This document shows positions 20,665 through 29,874 of a stretch of 32,000 bases of DNA, in pieces. The stretch comes from Synechocystis sp. PCC 6803 substr. PCC-P (GTDB taxonomy: Bacteria > Cyanobacteriota > Cyanobacteriia > Cyanobacteriales > Microcystaceae): assembly GCF_000284455.1 (NCBI RefSeq), contig NC_017039.1, positions 1,080,001 to 1,112,000 of the forward strand, given 5' to 3'. Under the pieces are notes generated by a model. It was not told the DNA's origin. It saw nothing but the letters and a program-made list of their open reading frames with translations, and searched no databases. The translations under genes were made by a program, and so were the position numbers. The stretch's first letter is position 1; each line of letters starts with the position of its first letter.

Positions 20665-22404
20665 TTAGGAAGCAAACTGTTGGGCGTGGAAACGAGCATA
20701 ACGACCTTGGTGGGCCATTAACTCCTGATGGCTACCCATTTCGACAATTTCTCCCCTTTCCAACACCACAATGCGGGTGGCTTTACGCACGGTGGCTAAA
20801 CGGTGGGCAATGACAAACACAGTTCTTTCTTGGACAATGCGCTCCAAGGCTTCCTGCACCAAAGCTTCCGACTCCGAATCAAGGGCAGAAGTCGCTTCGT
20901 CCAAGATTAAAATGCTGGGATTTCTTAAAACCGCCCTAGCAATGGCAATGCGCTGACGTTGGCCGCCCGAAAGGGTAACCCCCCGTTCCCCCACATAGGT
21001 ATAATACCCTTGACTTAATTCAGTGATAAATTGGTGGGCATTGGCAATGCGGGCCGCCTCCTCAATCGCTGCCAAATCTAAATCAGTTTTGCCGAACGCA
21101 ATATTTTGGGCGATCGTGCCGGAAAAAAGGATATTTTCTTGGGGCACAATGGCAATTTGTTCTCGCAAACTTTTCAACGTAATGCTATCAATGGCATGGC
21201 CGTCAATACGTAAACAGCCGCCAGTCACGTTATGGAGTCGCATTAACAAGTTTACCAGGGTACTTTTGCCCGCCCCCGAAGCCCCCACCAAAGCGATCAT
21301 TTCCCCCGGCTGGGCTTGTAAATTAATCCCTTTTAAGACCAGTTTATCTTCTAGATAGGCAAAGTCCACATGGTCATAATCCACCGCTCCTTGGAGATGG
21401 TCAATGGCGATCGCCGTGGGGCTATCTTCCACCGAAGGTTGCAGGTCGAAAATTTCAAAAATGCGGTCAACGGAGGCTTCTCCCTGTTTGAACAAATTGT
21501 AATTGCTGGTGATGTGACTAATGGGGTCAATCAACATTGCTACCCCGGTGACGTAGCTAATAAATTCAATGCCAGTTAAATTACCGAGGGAAATTTGCCA
21601 AGCCGCCAGGCAAAATAAAACCACCACTCCCATAGCTTCTAAAAAACCCACTACGACAAACTGTAACGCCTTCATCCGTTCGGCCAAAAACTGCGATCGC
21701 CGATGTTGTTGGGCCTCTTCCCGGAATAAATCTAACTGATAATCTTCTGCGGCAAAGGCTTTAACTAAACGGATGGCTCCCAACGTTTCCGTCAACAAAG
21801 AAGACAGATTAGAAATCCGAGTCTGGCTACGGCGACTAAACTTTAATAACTGTTCTCCAAAAAAGCCAATTAGCACCGCCATTAAGGGAGCAATTACCAA
21901 TACCGCACAGGTCAGGGCCCAGTTGAGATAGAACATGTAACCAAACACCACCACCAGTTGCAACGCCGAAGGGACAAAATCGTGGAATAACTTATTCACC
22001 ACTTCCCCAATGCGGTCAATATCCTCCGTCAGCCGGTAGGACAAATCCCCCGTTTTTGCTTCTTCAAAATAGCTCAGGCTTAGTCGTTGCAGATGGGCAT
22101 AGGTCTGTTCCCGCAGAGTTAATGCCATATTGAGGGCAGCCTTGGCCATGAGGGTATCCTGCCCATACTGGGCCATGCCCCGCACCAGAAAAATCCCCGC
22201 TGCGACCCCCGCCATGATTAAAATGGAGCGCACATCCCCTGCACCGATATATTTGGCCATGCGCCCCACCAACCAGGCTAGAATGGGCCAAAAAACAGTG
22301 AATAGCAGAGTACAGAGGAAAGCCAGCCCAATAGTCCGCCGATGGGGACGAATATAGGGGATTAACAGCCAGTAGCGGGATTTAAGGGAAGATTTTTTCT
22401 GCAA
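20665..22404 (-). CDS. ABC transporter, fused permease/ATP-binding protein (MsbA/MdlB-like exporter)
   Basis: Six-TM N-terminal domain. Walker A GASGAGKST, signature LSGGQRQR, Walker B ILILDEATSALD. TTG start forced by an upstream stop. Confidence 0.9.
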   Translation of the reverse strand: MQKKSSLKSRYWLLIPYIRPHRRTIGLAFLCTLLFTVFWPILAWLVGRMAKYIGAGDVRSILIMAGVAAGIFLVRGMAQYGQDTLMAKAALNMALTLREQTYAHLQRLSLSYFEEAKTGDLSYRLTEDIDRIGEVVNKLFHDFVPSALQLVVVFGYMFYLNWALTCAVLVIAPLMAVLIGFFGEQLLKFSRRSQTRISNLSSLLTETLGAIRLVKAFAAEDYQLDLFREEAQQHRRSQFLAERMKALQFVVVGFLEAMGVVVLFCLAAWQISLGNLTGIEFISYVTGVAMLIDPISHITSNYNLFKQGEASVDRIFEIFDLQPSVEDSPTAIAIDHLQGAVDYDHVDFAYLEDKLVLKGINLQAQPGEMIALVGASGAGKSTLVNLLMRLHNVTGGCLRIDGHAIDSITLKSLREQIAIVPQENILFSGTIAQNIAFGKTDLDLAAIEEAARIANAHQFITELSQGYYTYVGERGVTLSGGQRQRIAIARAVLRNPSILILDEATSALDSESEALVQEALERIVQERTVFVIAHRLATVRKATRIVVLERGEIVEMGSHQELMAHQGRYARFHAQQFAS

Positions 22405-22537
22405 AGGACTAAATTACGTCGGGAAAAGAACCCCGTTGATTCTACCAAAATGTTACTGTTCCAGGGGGTGGGGAATGGGAACTCCATTGGGATGATGCTT
22501 CCTGTTCTCGCCCTGTTACTGGGTCCCTAATTATTCC

Positions 22538-24313
22538 CTATCCTTTGGACACCGGGGGTAATGCACCGGAATAAATCAGTCCTTTTTGGGCATCGATGGT
22601 GACAATGGCTCCATCTCGAATCTTTTGGGTAGCGCCTTTAAAACCCACAATGACCGGCACCCCCAGCCGCAAACCAATAATGGCCGCATGGCTAGTCAGG
22701 CTTTCTTCTTCGGTGATAATGCCCGCCGCCCGTCGCATCATGTCCACACAATCAGCGTTGGTAGAGGGAACTACTAAAATTTCTCCCTGGGTAAATTGGG
22801 CGATCGCCTGGGGACGACTGGCAACCCTGGCCCGGCCACTTACAGCTCCTTGGCCAATACCTACACCCCGACCAAGAATGGCCTTGACCACTTCCACTTT
22901 GATTAAATCCGTCGAACCGGCAACTCCCTGCAATGTCCCGGCGGTCATCACCACCAAATCTCCATCCCGGAGAAAATGGTTTTCCTGGGCCACGTTAATG
23001 GCGGCTTGGAACGTTTGGCTGGTGGAAGGTAAATCCAATACCAACAGGGGCTTAACTCCCCACACCAACTGCAACTGACGGGACACATCCACATGGGGCG
23101 TAACGGCCAGAATGGGGGTTTTGGGGCGGAACTTTGACACATGGCGGGCGGTGGATCCGGTCTTAGTCAAAGACATAATAGCCGCCGCGTTGAGGGTTTC
23201 CGCAATCTGGCTAACGGCGCTGGAAATAGCATTGGGAATAGAAGTGCGACTGGCTTCCGCTTGGGAAGGATTGATATCTTCCTGTTCAATGCGCTCCGCA
23301 ATTTTGGCCATAATAGCCACTGCTTCCACGGGAAATTTACCGATCGCCGTTTCGTTGGAGAGCATCACCGCATCGGTACCATCGAGGATGGCATTGGCCA
23401 CGTCGGACACTTCAGCCCTAGTAGGTCGGGGGCTGTTGACCATACTGTCCAACATTTGGGTAGCAGTAATGACAGGAATGCCCAACCGGTTAGCAGTGGC
23501 AATGAGTTTCTTTTGCAAAATAGGTACATCTTCTGCGGGTAGTTCTACCCCCAAGTCCCCCCGGGCCACCATGACACCGTCACATTTTTCCAGCACCGCC
23601 TGCATATCCTTAATCGCTTCGTGCTTCTCAATTTTGGCGATTACCGGCACGGATTTCCCTGCCGCCGCAATTAACCCCTTAATCTCATCAATATCCTGGG
23701 GATTACGAACAAAACTCAGGGCCACCCAGTCCACCCCTTGGTCCAGCCCGAACATCAAATCTTCCTTATCTTTATCGGTCATGGCCTTAACGGAAAGGCA
23801 GACCCCGGGAAAATTAACCCCTTTATTGCTGGAAAGGGTTCCCCCCACAATCACCCGACAGTGGAGATCCCGGGCAACAGTGTCCACTTCCTCCACCAAC
23901 ATTTCCAGTTTGCCGTCGTCGAGCAAAATTCTTGCCCCAGAAGGTACTTCGTCGGCTAAATATTCGTAGCTAATGGAACTAATGGTTTCCGTACATTCCA
24001 CCGGGCGACTGGTGAGGGTATAGGGATCACCGTTTTTGAGTTGCACAGAGCCGGCATCATTGAGAAATTTGCCCACCCGAATCTTTGGCCCCTGTAAATC
24101 CTGGAGAATGCCCACTGGTTGGTTCAGTTCAAAGGCAATCTGGCGAATCAAACGGATACTTTGTTGGTGGTAAGCGTGGTCTCCGTGGGAAAAATTGAGG
24201 CGGAAAGTGGTAGCACCGGCTTGGATCAGTTGTCTCAGCACTTCCTTGCTTTGGGTCGCGGGGCCAATGGTAGCGACGATTTTGGTACGACGGGGAAGGG
24301 GAGACGTTTGCAT
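22538..24313 (-). CDS. pyk: Pyruvate kinase with C-terminal PEP-utiliser mobile domain
   Basis: Pyruvate kinase core (TKIVATIGPA, MVARGDLGVE). The C-terminal ~110 aa carry the TSHAAI phospho-histidine-type motif of the PEP-utilising swivel domain. Confidence 0.9.
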   Translation of the reverse strand: MQTSPLPRRTKIVATIGPATQSKEVLRQLIQAGATTFRLNFSHGDHAYHQQSIRLIRQIAFELNQPVGILQDLQGPKIRVGKFLNDAGSVQLKNGDPYTLTSRPVECTETISSISYEYLADEVPSGARILLDDGKLEMLVEEVDTVARDLHCRVIVGGTLSSNKGVNFPGVCLSVKAMTDKDKEDLMFGLDQGVDWVALSFVRNPQDIDEIKGLIAAAGKSVPVIAKIEKHEAIKDMQAVLEKCDGVMVARGDLGVELPAEDVPILQKKLIATANRLGIPVITATQMLDSMVNSPRPTRAEVSDVANAILDGTDAVMLSNETAIGKFPVEAVAIMAKIAERIEQEDINPSQAEASRTSIPNAISSAVSQIAETLNAAAIMSLTKTGSTARHVSKFRPKTPILAVTPHVDVSRQLQLVWGVKPLLVLDLPSTSQTFQAAINVAQENHFLRDGDLVVMTAGTLQGVAGSTDLIKVEVVKAILGRGVGIGQGAVSGRARVASRPQAIAQFTQGEILVVPSTNADCVDMMRRAAGIITEEESLTSHAAIIGLRLGVPVIVGFKGATQKIRDGAIVTIDAQKGLIYSGALPPVSKG

Positions 24314-24500
24314 AATGGGCTGAAATTAGGGGCAGTTAAATATAATAGTTAAGGCCGTCTGCTTTTAAGCGGTGTTAGGGAAATATTCTCATTATCCGCC
24401 ACGATCGCCGTTTCAGTTGCATCGGCTTACAGGGCCAACGATGGTAGGCTGGGCTTTGGGCAATTTTTCCCAATAGTCTGCACAGTTTGATGGGTTTGCT

Positions 24501-24902
24501 ATGAATGCTTCCGCTCAGTTGACGTTGTTAAAGGATTACAGTCGTTTAGAAATCCGTATTCCCCAGAATGACCAGGAAAGGGAAGATTTACGCCAAGCCA
24601 TTGTCTGGATTTGTGGCCAGAGTGAAGCGGAAAATTTTGGCATTTGTGCCGACGACCAAGCTAGTGCGGAAAATGCTTTGGGGCAATATCTACAGGGGTT
24701 GGATTACGGAGAGGCGATCGCCATGGAACCAGGTAAAACCATTGAAGGGCCAGTGTATTTGAAATGCCAGAGCCAATCCCTGCGCTTTTATCTCGACAGT
24801 TATGACGGGGATTATCGGGGAGTATTAATTTCCTGTCAGGCGGAGGATGATACCTTAGCGGGAACCTACGGTTATTTTCCGCTGGATTTGTTTGCCGGTT
24901 GA
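24501..24902 (+). CDS. Conserved hypothetical protein (possibly DUF1824 family)
   Basis: 133-aa ATG ORF with normal codon usage and an internal HIP1 site. The family name is recalled from memory only. Confidence 0.55.
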   Translation: MNASAQLTLLKDYSRLEIRIPQNDQEREDLRQAIVWICGQSEAENFGICADDQASAENALGQYLQGLDYGEAIAMEPGKTIEGPVYLKCQSQSLRFYLDSYDGDYRGVLISCQAEDDTLAGTYGYFPLDLFAG

Positions 24903-24983
24903 GCTGAATTTAGGAACCCTGGCAAAACTCCCATCCCCAAGAATTTGTTTGAAAAGTTTTATTTTGCTCCCTAAATTTCCTCG

Positions 24984-25213
24984 CTAAGAGCATGTTTGGA
25001 AAGTTGAGTTTTGGCTGTTTAATCCCCCCTAGCCCCCCTTGGGAAGGGGGGAATTGTCGCAAAAGTCCCCTTTTTTAAAGGGGATTTAGGGGGATAAATA
25101 CCTAGCCTTGCACTTTTCAAACACTTTCTAAAGCTCCGGCAATACTGGGGGAATTTTACTTAACTTCCCCCCAAACTTGGGGGCCAGGGGGGCTTTTGAA
25201 ACACGCTCTAAAG
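24984..25213. repeat. MITE-like / small dispersed hairpin repeat cluster
   Basis: The ~20-nt motif CTAAGAGCATGTTTGGAAAG (24984) recurs inverted at 25111-25133 and 25191-25213. Between these lie G/C-run hairpins CCCCCCTT-GGG-AAGGGGGG (25033-25051), TCCCCTTT-TTT-AAAGGGGA (25066-25084) and CCCCAA-AC-TTGGGG (about 25169-25182). Confidence 0.65.
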
Positions 25214-25284
25214 GTGAGTTACCGAGTCCACTTTCCCGTCATTGTTGAAACTGTTCCTCACTTTTCTCGCTGGGGAGGGAAGCC

Positions 25285-25800
25285 CTAATCAAATAAACGG
25301 AAATAGGGATAGCGCTTGGGAATACCCTTTTCCTTTTCCAGATCAAAGTTAATTACCTGCCAACAATCGTCCGCTGTACCTGGGGCACTGAATTCCACTG
25401 GTAAACCGTAAAGACGAGGCAGAGGACTATCCTTATCTTCGGGATTGCGCCAGCTACCTTGCCGTTGCAGATAAACGCTGACTAGATCGTAGTAACGGTG
25501 GGCGATGATGACCTTGGTGGCCCGGTAACCTTCCGTGTAGAGCCGGTCCAAGGCTTCGTGAATTTCAAAGCGGATACCGTCGGGGTGGGTGTGTTGCCGG
25601 TACCATTCCCCCTGCCATAGCCGCCAGTGGCGACCCGATTGCAAATGGACTAAATCCTCTGTGTCGGGGTTAACTTCAAAGGCTCCATGGCGATTACAAA
25701 GGTAAGTGTCCGTCAGGGTCAAGGCCGGAATAGTTTGCCGACAGTGGGGGCACTGGATTTCTGGGCCGAAAAGGGGATACTGTAAACCGAGATTTTGCAT
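25285..25800 (-). CDS. Conserved cyanobacterial hypothetical protein with an N-terminal zinc-ribbon-like motif
   Basis: 171 aa, CPHC...CNRH near the N-terminus. ATG start. No enzymatic motif recognised. Confidence 0.6.
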   Translation of the reverse strand: MQNLGLQYPLFGPEIQCPHCRQTIPALTLTDTYLCNRHGAFEVNPDTEDLVHLQSGRHWRLWQGEWYRQHTHPDGIRFEIHEALDRLYTEGYRATKVIIAHRYYDLVSVYLQRQGSWRNPEDKDSPLPRLYGLPVEFSAPGTADDCWQVINFDLEKEKGIPKRYPYFRLFD

Positions 25801-25920
25801 GGAAAACCGTTGAAATGGGCGGTTAAAGCAGAGGCCCCCACATTATAACCAAGGGATCTTTTCCTGGGTTTCTGGCTTAAACTGAGGCTGACCATCATTT
25901 TTTTCCCCCGGCGATCGCCT

Positions 25921-27423
25921 ATGTTAGACGCCCTCGACCTTTCCCTTAATCTGGACAAACAGAGTTACAAGGAACAGTTGGAAGATTTAATGCAACAGTT
26001 GCGGAGTCTACAACAGTCCTGTTGGGAAGAAAAAATTCCGGTGATTATTGTTTTGGAAGGTTGGGCCGCCGCCGGTAAGGGTACATTGCTGAAGAAAATT
26101 GTTAACTATATGGACCCGAGGGGATTTTCCGTTAATCCCATCTTTGCGGCCAATGAACAGGAGAGGATGTATCCCTTTCTTTGGCGTTTTTGGCAAAAGC
26201 TTCCCCCCAAGGGGAGTTTGGGCTTTTTCTATCATAGTTGGTACACCAATTGTCTAGAGGAGCGGTTATTTGGTCGTATTCCTGCCGTCCAGGCTCCCTT
26301 AGTAATGCGGGATATCAACGCTTTTGAGCGTCAGTTAGTGGAAGACGGAGCGGCGATCGCCAAATTTTGGGTACATATCAGTCAAAAAGAATTAAAAAAA
26401 CGTCTGAAAAAGTACGAAGCTGACGAGCTAGAAATGTGGCGGGTGCGGCCAGAAGATTGGCAACAGGAAAAACGCTACCAGGAATACTCCAGTCTAGTGG
26501 AGGAAATGCTCACCTACACCAGCACTGGCTATGGTCCCTGGACTCTGGTGGAAGGGGATTGTGAACGGTGGTCCAGGGTAAAAGTACTTTCCCAACTGGT
26601 GGCGGTAATCGTCCAAGCCCTAGACCAAAAACGGGCCAAGGCCAACGCCAAAATTGAACCCATCCCTCCCCAAAAAGAATTGCTCCCCACTGAGCCCAAT
26701 TTCCTGGCCAAGGTGGATTTGAGTGTGCAACTGAGCAAGGATGACTATCGGCAACGGTTGCGGGACAGCCAGATTGAATTGCGTAAACTACAGGCGAAGA
26801 TTTACCAAGAAAAAGTGCCAGTAATTGCCCTGTTTGAAGGTTGGGATGCCGCCGGAAAGGGAGGAGCGATCAAACGTTTAACCGACACCTTGGACCCCCG
26901 CAGTTACCAGGTCAACACCTTTGCCGCCCCCACGGAGGAAGAAGCCCAATTCCATTACCTCTGGCGCTTTTGGCGTCGTATTCCCCCCGGCGGGAAAATC
27001 AGTATTTTTGACCGCAGTTGGTACGGTCGGGTGATGGTGGAAAGAGTAGAAGGTTTTGCGAGGGAAAAGGAATGGTTACGGGCTTACCGGGAAATCAATG
27101 AGTTGGAGGCGGAATTGACAGCGGAAGGCTATGTGGTGGTGAAATTTTTCCTCCATATCAGCCCCGAAGAACAATTGGCCCGGTTTGAAGAACGGCAAAA
27201 CAATCCCTTCAAGCAATATAAACTCACGGATGAAGACTGGCGCAATCGGGAGAAATGGCCTCTCTATGACGTTGCCGTGAATCAGATGATTGCCCGCACC
27301 AACACCCCCGTCGCTCCCTGGACAGTGGTGCCTGCCAACGATAAATATTTCGCTCGGGTCCAAGTGATTCAAACGGTGGTAGATGCAGTGAAAATGGAAC
27401 TCAAACGCCGGGGCAAGGATTAA
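25921..27423 (+). CDS. ppk2: Two-domain polyphosphate kinase 2 (polyphosphate:AMP phosphotransferase type)
   Basis: Two tandem PPK2 modules, each with a P-loop (EGWAAAGKG, EGWDAAGKGG) and the downstream FLWRFW/YLWRFW and SWY motifs. Confidence 0.85.
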   Translation: MLDALDLSLNLDKQSYKEQLEDLMQQLRSLQQSCWEEKIPVIIVLEGWAAAGKGTLLKKIVNYMDPRGFSVNPIFAANEQERMYPFLWRFWQKLPPKGSLGFFYHSWYTNCLEERLFGRIPAVQAPLVMRDINAFERQLVEDGAAIAKFWVHISQKELKKRLKKYEADELEMWRVRPEDWQQEKRYQEYSSLVEEMLTYTSTGYGPWTLVEGDCERWSRVKVLSQLVAVIVQALDQKRAKANAKIEPIPPQKELLPTEPNFLAKVDLSVQLSKDDYRQRLRDSQIELRKLQAKIYQEKVPVIALFEGWDAAGKGGAIKRLTDTLDPRSYQVNTFAAPTEEEAQFHYLWRFWRRIPPGGKISIFDRSWYGRVMVERVEGFAREKEWLRAYREINELEAELTAEGYVVVKFFLHISPEEQLARFEERQNNPFKQYKLTDEDWRNREKWPLYDVAVNQMIARTNTPVAPWTVVPANDKYFARVQVIQTVVDAVKMELKRRGKD

Positions 27424-27496
27424 CCTCTCCTGGCACCTCTGCCCACCGTGATAAAATGCCCTTTAATTTGATCCAGACCCCTAACCCCATATTGCC

Positions 27497-28585
27497 GTGG
27501 TTCTAGCATCTTCCCGTCCCCCTTCCCCCACCAATTCCCCGGCCGATCGCCAGGGGACTTTGCAAGCCTGGTTAACAGGTCTCAGTCAGCGCATTATTGA
27601 CGGCGATCGCCTAACCCGGGAAGAAGCATTACAGTTGGCGGCGATCGAGGGGGAAGAGAATATTCTTTTGCTCTGTGAAGCAGCCAATCGCATTCGGGAA
27701 GCCTGCTGTGGCAATGTGGTGGATCTGTGTAGCATCATCAATGTTAAATCCGGTAACTGCTCGGAAAACTGCGGCTTTTGCTCCCAGTCTAGTCACCATC
27801 CCGACCCCAATTCCCCCATTTACGGTCTGAAAACGGAAGCAGAAATTTTAGAACAGGCCAGGGCGGCAGCGGCGGCGGGAGCTAAACGCTTTTGCTTAGT
27901 TAGTCAGGGTCGGGGCCCCAAATACCATAGCCCCAAGGATCGAGAATTTGAGCAGATCCTGGCCACAGTGCGGCAAATTATCCAGGAAACCAACATCAAG
28001 CCCTGTTGCGCGTTGGGGGAAGTGACCCCGGAACAGGCCCAGCAATTGAAGGAAGCTGGGGTGACTCGTTATAACCATAACTTGGAAGCATCCGCTACCT
28101 ATTACGACAAAATTGTCAGCACCCACACCTGGCAAGACCGGGTAGATACGGTGAAAAACCTTAAGGCAGCGGGCATTCAAGCTTGCACTGGCGGCATTTT
28201 AGGCATGGGAGAAACCTGGGAAGACCGCATTGATCTAGCTTTGGCTCTGCGGGAACTGGAAGTGGAATCCGTGCCCCTGAATCTACTCAATCCCCGCCCC
28301 GGTACTCCTTTGGGGGAACAACAAAAGTTAAATCCCTACGATGCCCTCAAGGCGATCGCCATTTTCCGGTTTATTTTGCCCCAACAAATTATTCGCTATG
28401 CTGGGGGCCGGGAAGCGGTGATGGGAGAATTACAGGATTTAGGGCTAAAAGCGGGCATTAACGCTATGCTAGTGGGCCATTATTTAACTACCCTGGGCCA
28501 GCCTCCCGAACGGGATCAAAAATTATTGGCATCCCTTGGCCTCGAAGGGGGAGAGGCCCCTATCCCCGGTGAATACCAATCCTGA
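27497..28585 (+). CDS. bioB: Biotin synthase
   Basis: Radical-SAM motif CSENCGFCSQ and the BioB-typical YNHNLE motif. GTG start with a Pro/Ser-rich N-terminal extension. Confidence 0.9.
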   Translation: MVLASSRPPSPTNSPADRQGTLQAWLTGLSQRIIDGDRLTREEALQLAAIEGEENILLLCEAANRIREACCGNVVDLCSIINVKSGNCSENCGFCSQSSHHPDPNSPIYGLKTEAEILEQARAAAAAGAKRFCLVSQGRGPKYHSPKDREFEQILATVRQIIQETNIKPCCALGEVTPEQAQQLKEAGVTRYNHNLEASATYYDKIVSTHTWQDRVDTVKNLKAAGIQACTGGILGMGETWEDRIDLALALRELEVESVPLNLLNPRPGTPLGEQQKLNPYDALKAIAIFRFILPQQIIRYAGGREAVMGELQDLGLKAGINAMLVGHYLTTLGQPPERDQKLLASLGLEGGEAPIPGEYQS

Positions 28586-29222
28586 ACCTGACCTGGACCT
28601 TGTGACGGAGGAGATTGAACTCCCCAAGCCTTCCCTGCTAGCAGAAGTCCTGTTGGCGATCGCCGGACTGCTGTTGACTGTTTTCTGTACGTTCGTGCAG
28701 GTATTTGCCACCAATCCCCCTTGGCAATGGTGGGAGGATGGCATTTATTCCAATCCCCTGGGCACAACCTACCAGGTGGGGGCCGTATTGCTCACCGCCT
28801 GTTTGGGAGGGGCTAGAGCCGGGGCGATCGCCCAGTTAGGTTACATTATGCTGGGCCTAGCTTGGTTGCCAATTTTTGCCCATGGCGGCGGCTGGGACTA
28901 CTGGCAACAGCCCACCTTTGGCTACCTATTAGGTTTCATTCCGGGAGCTTGGGTCTGTGGTTGGTTAGCCTACCGTTCCCAAACCAAAATTGAAACCCTG
29001 GCCCTAGGTTGCCTAGTCGGTTTGGGAGTCATCCACGGTGCGGGTATAGTTTATCTAGGCATGATGGCTGTGTTGAAACTGGGTAATCCCCCCATTCTGT
29101 CCCTGGCAGACCTGCCCCAAGCTTTGCTGACTTTTTCCCTCATGGCATTGCCCGGCCAGATTATTCTGGTCTGTCTGACTGCTGTGCTGGCCTACTTTTT
29201 GCGGAGAATTTTATTCTATTGA
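28536..29222 (+). CDS. bioY: Biotin transporter BioY (start codon uncertain)
   Basis: Five or six TM helices. BioY-like segments GGARAGAIAQLGYIMLGL and PTFGYLLGFIPGAW. The TTG at 28536 overlaps bioB by 50 nt. In-frame GTG codons at 28569 and 28602 are alternative starts. Confidence 0.7.
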   Translation: MASKGERPLSPVNTNPEPDLDLVTEEIELPKPSLLAEVLLAIAGLLLTVFCTFVQVFATNPPWQWWEDGIYSNPLGTTYQVGAVLLTACLGGARAGAIAQLGYIMLGLAWLPIFAHGGGWDYWQQPTFGYLLGFIPGAWVCGWLAYRSQTKIETLALGCLVGLGVIHGAGIVYLGMMAVLKLGNPPILSLADLPQALLTFSLMALPGQIILVCLTAVLAYFLRRILFY

Positions 29223-29707
29223 TGGCCCGGTCTTTTTCCCTCGCTAAAAACCCCCTCTTCTGGCAAGTGGCGATCGCCGGCATTATCCTGGATCAGCTCA
29301 GTAAACTTTGGGTGAGTCAGGCCATGGACCCCGTGGGCACCACTTGGCCGTTGTGGTCTGGAGTGTTCCATTTCACCTATGTGCTCAATACCGGGGCAGC
29401 GTTCAGTGCTTTTCGGGGCGGGGCTGGCTGGTTAAAATGGCTTTCCCTCGCAGTAAGCGTCGGCCTAATTATCTTTGCCGGCAAAGTTCCCCTCCGCAAG
29501 TTAGAACAGTTGGGTTACGGTTGCATTCTAGCGGGGGCGGTGGGCAATGGCATTGACCGTTTTTTATTCGGTCATGTAATCGACTTTTTGGATTTTCGCC
29601 TGATTAATTTCCCCATTTTCAACCTGGCCGATGTTTCCATTAACATTGGCATTGCCGCCCTGCTCTGGGCCAGTTTTTTCCCAGTTTCTTCCCGCAAGGT
29701 TGATTAA
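29222..29707 (+). CDS. lspA: Lipoprotein signal peptidase (signal peptidase II)
   Basis: LspA motifs NTGAAFS and FNLADVSI, four TM helices. ATG 29222 shares its A with the bioY TGA stop (TGATG); a TTG lies at 29219. Confidence 0.9.
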   Translation: MARSFSLAKNPLFWQVAIAGIILDQLSKLWVSQAMDPVGTTWPLWSGVFHFTYVLNTGAAFSAFRGGAGWLKWLSLAVSVGLIIFAGKVPLRKLEQLGYGCILAGAVGNGIDRFLFGHVIDFLDFRLINFPIFNLADVSINIGIAALLWASFFPVSSRKVD

Positions 29708-29874
29708 AACTTAAAGCAACTGCCAGAGACGACCGCCTATAAATCAGTGGTTTGAGTCTCAATGAAGATTAGCGTTAGGATCGAAAGGATGGGAGTCTTA
29801 ACTTTCCTGCTGGATTCCCATGAGTTACATCAGCCCTTTCAGAATGAAATACATAAACTTATACAAGTCAAGCT

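Noticed and set aside
23112-23969. 285-aa plus-strand ORF (plus 22596..23078 and 23141..23542) antisense to pyruvate kinase
   Set aside because: These lie fully inside the well-supported pyk CDS on the opposite strand. They have an Ala/Ser/Thr/Arg-rich low-complexity composition typical of mirror frames, with no motifs and no RBS.
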